A stretch of DNA of 64,000 bases from Candidatus Cryptobacteroides excrementipullorum (GTDB lineage Bacteria > Bacteroidota > Bacteroidia > Bacteroidales > UBA932): contig JADILZ010000041.1 in NCBI GenBank assembly GCA_017695065.1, positions 1,135 to 65,134 of the forward strand. The letters are read 5' to 3'. A program made the position numbers and the translations under genes. Positions 59,515-64,000 of this stretch are shown piece after piece; within the stretch, counting starts at the first letter, position 1; the number at the start of each line of letters is the position of its first letter. Below the pieces are notes generated by a model. The model saw only the letters and a program-made list of their open reading frames with translations. It was not told the origin of the DNA and ran no database searches.

Positions 59515-59903
59515 AGACGATAGAAGTAGTTGCAGCCATCATCCGCAAGGATGACAAGATATTCGCCACCCAGCGGGGCTACGGTGAATGGAAAGACTAT
59601 TGGGAGGCCCCAGGTGGTAAGGTCGAGCCGGGCGAAAGCCCCATCCAGGCACTCCGGCGCGAGATACGAGAGGAACTGGACACTGAAATCAGTGTCGATA
59701 AATTCCTTACGACAATTGAATGGGACTATCCTAAGTTTCACCTCACGATGCACTGCTATATGTGCTCCCTGCTGAATGACGCACTGCATCTGAATGAGCA
59801 CGAGGCCGCCCGCTGGCTGGGAGTTGATGACCTTCGCAGTGTCAATTGGCTCCCAGCCGACGACCAGCTTCTTCCTCTTATTGAGAGGGAGCTTTCGATT
59901 TAG
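59511..59903 (+). CDS. Nudix hydrolase (MutT-like (deoxy)nucleoside triphosphate pyrophosphohydrolase)
   Basis: Nudix box GGKVEPGESPIQALRREIREELD. The ATG overlaps the vsr stop (ATGA). Confidence 0.85.
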   Translation: MKTIEVVAAIIRKDDKIFATQRGYGEWKDYWEAPGGKVEPGESPIQALRREIREELDTEISVDKFLTTIEWDYPKFHLTMHCYMCSLLNDALHLNEHEAARWLGVDDLRSVNWLPADDQLLPLIERELSI

Positions 59904-60534
59904 TGTCCACTACGACATATCCGCCAGCCGAGTCAAACTCTACCCATCGACCTTTGCCCAATTTTATGCGGGCGATTCTGTGTTCCTCTTTGGGGATTAC
60001 GATTTCATCGTCAGTCAGGCCGATATACTTAAGTAGGTCCTGAACTGTTGCCGGCCCCCCTTTTTGATGCTGCAGCTCATACTTGCAGTGCCTGAGTTTG
60101 TCGCTGGCCAGCTGGTCGCGAAGTGTAGTAGCACGAAGGCGCCATCCGGTGACCATCTCGTAGCCCTTCTTGCCACATTTGCATTCATACTCCAGATCCA
60201 CACGGCCACTAAGCGGAGAGCCAACATACCGGTAAGGGAAAATGGCTTTTTCGCACTTCGGACAAGTTACCTGGAATAATTCCGGATACTCCATGTTACA
60301 ACGTATGAATGACCCAAGCCAAACTGGATCAGGAGCCATCTCAATCGCTTTTCCGGCGATGCAATAAACCATCTCCGGGTACAGGGGGATGAAGTAGAAA
60401 CGGTCGATGTCCTTCCATTCATCGAAGCTGGCGTAAATCACGCCGGCGTTGCGGTAGAACACTTTGGTGTGGAGCATCTGCTCCTTGGTAGGACGAGGTC
60501 CGCCCTGCCTGAAGAAATTGTACTTGTCTTGCAT
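59878..60534 (-). CDS. hypothetical protein with an internal Cys4 zinc-ribbon-like motif (218 aa)
   Basis: CPKCEK...x23...CKCGKKG. The start was trimmed to MQDKYNFF (60534) within the 59878-60873 ORF. It converges on the Nudix gene and overlaps its end by 26 nt. Confidence 0.45.
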   Translation of the reverse strand: MQDKYNFFRQGGPRPTKEQMLHTKVFYRNAGVIYASFDEWKDIDRFYFIPLYPEMVYCIAGKAIEMAPDPVWLGSFIRCNMEYPELFQVTCPKCEKAIFPYRYVGSPLSGRVDLEYECKCGKKGYEMVTGWRLRATTLRDQLASDKLRHCKYELQHQKGGPATVQDLLKYIGLTDDEIVIPKEEHRIARIKLGKGRWVEFDSAGGYVVVDTKSKAPSQ

Positions 60535-60690
60535 GATACAGACTTTTTTTGATTGAACATCCGCATCGTTTTGCCACCGTGGCAGTCTGGCTCGCTCGGT
60601 TGGCGCTCCTCTGGGGAGACTCTTGATGCACGATGCAAAAGTAAGTAGAATTTCGTAAATTTGCAATCTAACACCAAAACACATAATAAC

Positions 60691-60900
60691 ATGGCAACAA
60701 TCTATACAGTAATATGCCCCAAGTGTGGCCACAAGTTTGAGGTCACTAAAGGTATCCTGATGAGCGAAGCGAATCTTGACCCCGTCCCTGAAGAACGCAA
60801 AGAGGAAACTCCGTTCAAGTGCCCTGTATGCGGTCTTGAGATGTCGACGCAGGACGAGGACTTCAACCAGCACTGCGAGTCGGTGATAATGGCTGACTGA
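60691..60900 (+). CDS. small zinc-ribbon protein (69 aa)
   Basis: CPKCGHKF...x32...CPVCGLEM, two CxxC pairs. A TAAATTTG -7 box lies at 60656-60663. Confidence 0.55.
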   Translation: MATIYTVICPKCGHKFEVTKGILMSEANLDPVPEERKEETPFKCPVCGLEMSTQDEDFNQHCESVIMAD

Positions 60901-60903
60901 CCG

Positions 60904-61608
60904 ATGGCCATGCAGAACGTCTATACCGAAGAAGAACTGTACTGGAGCCGCGGAGGCAACACCGGTACTCTTCCTGAACGTATAACTCCGTCACAGGTCA
61001 ATGTCCTGGCCGATGGGGAAATCTTCGTCTTTGGCAGCAATTTTCAGGGCCGACATATGGGCGGCGCTGCACGCGTTGCTCAGGAGAAATACGGAGCCGT
61101 CTGGGGTATAGGAGAAGGCCTGCAGGGCCAATCCTACGCCATACCGACGATGGAAGGCCTGGAGAATCTCGCTCCGGCCGTCCAGCGCTTCACCTCCTTC
61201 GCCCGGCAGCACAAAGAATTGAAGTTCTTCGTCACCGCCATCGGCTGCGGCATTGCCGGCTATCAGCCCGAAGAGATTGCGCCTATGTTCCTGAATGCGG
61301 CCTATCTGCCGAATGTCTTCCTGCCGCTGTCCTTCTGGAAGATCATCATGCATATCCCCGGCGCAGAGGAAAGTGTCCGGTCCTTCGCCCAGTCCGTCTT
61401 GGATGTCTGCCGATACGCCCACCGCAACAATCCGCCCACCTGGACCACCGCCACCGACGAAGCCCTCTTCAACGGCCTTGAGCGCGACCAGCACTGGCAG
61501 CTCGGCATCCTCCTGGGAATCATTTCGCCGGCTGATGAAGAGCCGCAGACGAAGGAACTGCCGGCAGAACTCAAGCAGAAGATCCTTGACGCATTGAAGA
61601 AGGCCTGA
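60904..61608 (+). CDS. A1S_2505-like phage-associated protein with a ~100-aa C-terminal extension
   Basis: IFVFGSNFQGRHMGGAARVA...GLQGQSYAIPT...FFVTAIGCGIAGY matches my recollection of the A1S_2505 family of phage non-structural proteins (GSNxxGxHGxGAA / SYAIPT / TxIGCGLAG). Confidence 0.55.
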   Translation: MAMQNVYTEEELYWSRGGNTGTLPERITPSQVNVLADGEIFVFGSNFQGRHMGGAARVAQEKYGAVWGIGEGLQGQSYAIPTMEGLENLAPAVQRFTSFARQHKELKFFVTAIGCGIAGYQPEEIAPMFLNAAYLPNVFLPLSFWKIIMHIPGAEESVRSFAQSVLDVCRYAHRNNPPTWTTATDEALFNGLERDQHWQLGILLGIISPADEEPQTKELPAELKQKILDALKKA

Positions 61609-61676
61609 CAATTTACGTCAGATGCAAAAAGAAACGACATTTGTAATACAAGATAACCCCCAAAACAGATATAGCC

Positions 61677-61964
61677 ATGATGGATTTACGCGACTACACG
61701 GCCATCTATAAGGATGCTGATAGACAAATCCTTGTAAACAAGTCTGAGTTTAACTATAGCCTCGTTGCTAAGGATGGAGATGCTTTTACCGAGATTCTTG
61801 TTTCAGCCGAGGAAATTGATAATTCGATGACGTTCCCTGAGGCCGAAAAAATGTCCTGGAAGAAGCAGTTCGAACTCTTGTTTGGCAATAAGAATGGTTT
61901 CGATGGCCTCATCAAGTATTGTGACGAGAACGAGATCTCAACACAGATTCTGAACTGGGACTAA
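61677..61964 (+). CDS. hypothetical protein (95 aa)
   Basis: ORF only. It lies on the same strand within the cluster and has lower GC than its neighbours. Confidence 0.4.
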   Translation: MMDLRDYTAIYKDADRQILVNKSEFNYSLVAKDGDAFTEILVSAEEIDNSMTFPEAEKMSWKKQFELLFGNKNGFDGLIKYCDENEISTQILNWD

Positions 61965-61997
61965 TCTGGACGTCCATAGTTGCATGATTAAAAACAC

Positions 61998-62705
61998 ATG
62001 AACATGAAAAAGGTCTTACAATACACCCTCCTGCTGGTCATCGCCATTGTTTCGCTTTCTGCCTGTAAATCAAATGAGCAGAAAGCAGCAGCATTAATCA
62101 AGGATTACATGTTCAAGAATCTCTTTGATTATGAGAGTTATGAGCCAATAGAGACATCTATAGATAGCGCTTATAACCAGCCTATGATGAATAGTCAGAT
62201 TCTTGCTCTTGCCTTTGATTCGGTAGAGAAAGAGAAAGAAGCAGAAGAGCATCATGAAGAATATGAAGACGCATCTCGTACTAGGGATATTTGGAGCGGC
62301 GGTTGGTCCTCATACAGCACAAAGGAATATAATAAAGCTCGTAAGAAAGCAATAGAAGAGCTCATTGCCTCGATTGAGGGCACTAGGGCATCTGTCAGAA
62401 ACTTGAAGCAGATCAAATCTATGGCCGATACGCTTTCATCAGGATTTATCGGATGGTCTGCCATCCATAGTTTCAGGTGTAATACGCAGGGTGGTAATAA
62501 AACTATCGGGAACTATCTCTTCATCTTCGATAAAAGTTTCAAAACCATCCTCAATGTATTTGATGCCAATGACGAAGAACTGGTTGCAGCTATAGATAAA
62601 ATCGGGACAGCCCAGGCTATGACCGACGAACAGTTTATGGAGCTGGAAGAGCAGTTTACTGGCCAGATTACCCAACTGCAAGACGGGTTAGCCAAAATAA
62701 AATAG
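61998..62705 (+). CDS. hypothetical lipoprotein (235 aa)
   Basis: Signal peptide plus lipobox (LLLVIAIVSLSAC). The remainder was not recognised. Confidence 0.6.
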   Translation: MNMKKVLQYTLLLVIAIVSLSACKSNEQKAAALIKDYMFKNLFDYESYEPIETSIDSAYNQPMMNSQILALAFDSVEKEKEAEEHHEEYEDASRTRDIWSGGWSSYSTKEYNKARKKAIEELIASIEGTRASVRNLKQIKSMADTLSSGFIGWSAIHSFRCNTQGGNKTIGNYLFIFDKSFKTILNVFDANDEELVAAIDKIGTAQAMTDEQFMELEEQFTGQITQLQDGLAKIK

Positions 62706-62787
62706 TCATTAACGTTCTGGTCTGAGCCTGGGAATAGCAGTTCTTCGGGTCAAGACCATAATAGGGAAAACAGTTTGATGCTAAAAG

Positions 62788-63324
62788 ATGGAGATTGGGC
62801 TTAATCATATACATAGAACCTATGGTTTCCCGCCACTGTTGTGCGATGAACCAAGAATCTTGATTCTGGGCACACTGCCTGGTGGGGAATCACTGGAGCA
62901 TCGGCAATACTACTATTCCAATTCCAACCGGATTTGGAAGGTGTTGTGCCACATTAAAGGAGAGCCGATGCCGATAGCCTATGCCCAGAAACAGGCCCTG
63001 CTTGCGAAGTATCACATCGTCCTCTGGGACTACTACGAATCCGCTATCCGGCCAGATAGCAGCAATGACAAAGACATCCGGGACGGTCATCCCAACGATA
63101 TACCAGCCTTCCTTGCCGCTCATCCTACCATCAAGACCATTGGCATCAACGGATTTGGGAAGTACAAAGACTTCGGCCGCAAGATTGCGAGAGAGCTGGC
63201 GCAAATACCGGCCCTTGCCGATGTCCGTGTACTCCGGCTTCCGGAAACCAGTGGAAGCAACAAGAACTACGGCTGGGGATATGTAGAAAACCTTGCCCGG
63301 GAATGGGCACATATCTTTGACTGA
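62788..63324 (+). CDS. UDG-superfamily DNA glycosylase (family-6 / hypoxanthine-DNA-glycosylase-like)
   Basis: ILILGTLPGGESL...QYYYSNSNRIWKVL matches the GxxPGxxS...YYxxxxNxFW pattern of DNA-deoxyinosine (hypoxanthine) glycosylases. ETSGSN lies near the C-terminus. Confidence 0.65.
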   Translation: MEIGLNHIHRTYGFPPLLCDEPRILILGTLPGGESLEHRQYYYSNSNRIWKVLCHIKGEPMPIAYAQKQALLAKYHIVLWDYYESAIRPDSSNDKDIRDGHPNDIPAFLAAHPTIKTIGINGFGKYKDFGRKIARELAQIPALADVRVLRLPETSGSNKNYGWGYVENLAREWAHIFD

Positions 63325-63329
63325 CGCTT

Positions 63330-63689
63330 ATGTACGAGAATGAATCAGCTGCTGTCCGTGCGGGAATAGACTTTCTGCAGGCTCTGACCGAGAAAGATTA
63401 CCTCCTCGATCCCACCTTCGATGTCCTGGATCTGGAGCAGAAGCTGATTGAGATTCAGGCCGATGTCAACTTCCTCATCTCCAACCTGCCAGTTGAGGCC
63501 ATTGACGATGACCAGGAGAGGGAGGAAGAGTATCCCGGCGATTTCGAAGACGGCGAAGAACTGGAGGACGAAGTGGTGGAATGCGAGAAGCTGATTGCTC
63601 AAGCTACGGGGCTCCTGGCCGCAGTCCGCGAGCATTATCTGCCAAGTCCATCAATCCAGCCGTTGTGGTTTGATGTAGAAATAGAATGA
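63330..63689 (+). CDS. hypothetical, strongly acidic protein (119 aa)
   Basis: By hand count, about 33 Asp/Glu versus about 6 Lys/Arg. It starts 5 nt after the glycosylase stop. Its last 9 codons and stop lie inside the first CRISPR repeat. Confidence 0.45.
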   Translation: MYENESAAVRAGIDFLQALTEKDYLLDPTFDVLDLEQKLIEIQADVNFLISNLPVEAIDDDQEREEEYPGDFEDGEELEDEVVECEKLIAQATGLLAAVREHYLPSPSIQPLWFDVEIE

Positions 63690-63879
63690 ATTACAACGAA
63701 GCCGCAGCCGTGGCACTGAACAAAGCAGTCGTGGTTTGATGTAGAAATAGAATGAATTACAACTGCAGGATAGACACCCCAGTCCGCTCTACAGTTGTGG
63801 TTTGATGTAGAAATAGAATGAGTAATAACGCAGATGTACTGTACATACAGCATCATCGTGTTGTGATTTGATGTAGAAA
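63662..63879 (+). CRISPR. CRISPR mini-array: three full 36-nt repeats plus one decayed terminal repeat, with three 30-nt spacers
   Basis: Repeats lie at 63662-63697, 63728-63763 (1 mismatch), 63794-63829 (3 mismatches) and 63860-63879 (first 20 nt only, 1 mismatch). The consensus is GTTGTGGTTTGATGTAGAAATAGAATGAATTACAAC. The spacers are exactly 30 nt and unrelated to one another. Confidence 0.85.
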
Positions 63880-64000
63880 AGCCATATGTGTCCGGTAAAA
63901 ATCCGGACTAGTTATTATAAAGTATAACAATTAAAATAAAGTAGGTTCGGTAGAACCATCCGGTTCATTGACAATATTGCAGTTAGGTTTACAGAACAGT

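Larger units (their letters stand above)
46825..59625. mobile_element. integrative genomic island (minimum extent) carrying integrase, excisionase-like HTH, a primase-helicase-like replication module and an LlaJI-type R-M + vsr cargo
   Basis: The left edge is where the Nudix homology breaks (about 46825), next to the integrase. The right edge is modelled at the equivalent codon of the intact Nudix gene (about 59625). The island may extend further right to at least 63.7 kb. Edges are approximate. Confidence 0.5.

Noticed and set aside
63635-63856. 73-aa minus-strand ORF with the repeated peptide VVIHSISTSNHN.
   Set aside because: It results from translating the CRISPR repeats. The internal peptide repeat mirrors the 66-nt repeat-spacer period.
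63860-63910. The decayed fourth repeat plus the downstream GTCCGG-N7-CCGGAC hairpin, considered as a tracrRNA.
   Set aside because: The repeat-like segment has the same sense as the repeats, not antisense. If transcribed from the minus strand, the anti-repeat would sit at the 3' end, after the hairpin, which is the wrong order for a tracrRNA. A degenerate terminal repeat explains it more simply.

Overview
This window looks like a Bacteroidales (Bacteroidota) chromosome. Supporting signs are a type III glutamine synthetase, a long Rho with a disordered insert, TonB-receptor/DUF4249 and DUF3857/DUF3858 gene pairs, and TAnnTTTG -7 promoter boxes. Positions 1-46.7 kb are ordinary, densely packed housekeeping genes and include the dnaA region. 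They encode dnaA, pepD, rpe, birA, rsfS, ftsH, cdsA, psd, ispG, relA/spoT, ligA, PPi-PFK, queDE, rho, lptD-like and tRNA-Cys. From about 46.8 kb the sequence becomes accessory. A 5' fragment of a Nudix gene (46711-46857) abuts a tyrosine integrase. Next come an excisionase-like HTH, a VirE/BT4734-like protein and a PriCT-2/DUF3987 primase-helicase-like protein. After these lies a complete LlaJI-type four-gene restriction-modification cassette (two m5C methyltransferases, a McrB-like NTPase and an LlaJI-family nuclease). A translationally coupled vsr and an intact Nudix gene follow. Downstream (59.9-63.7 kb) are seven small genes that are uncharacterised or only partly recognisable. They include zinc-ribbon proteins, an A1S_2505-like protein, a lipoprotein, a family-6-like DNA glycosylase and a very acidic protein. 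This run ends directly in a three-spacer CRISPR mini-array with 36-nt GTTG...CAAC repeats and 30-nt spacers, a geometry typical of type VI-B or II-C. No cas gene is visible anywhere in the window. The most interesting candidates are this mini-array, the uncharacterised cluster feeding into it, and the satellite-like island.
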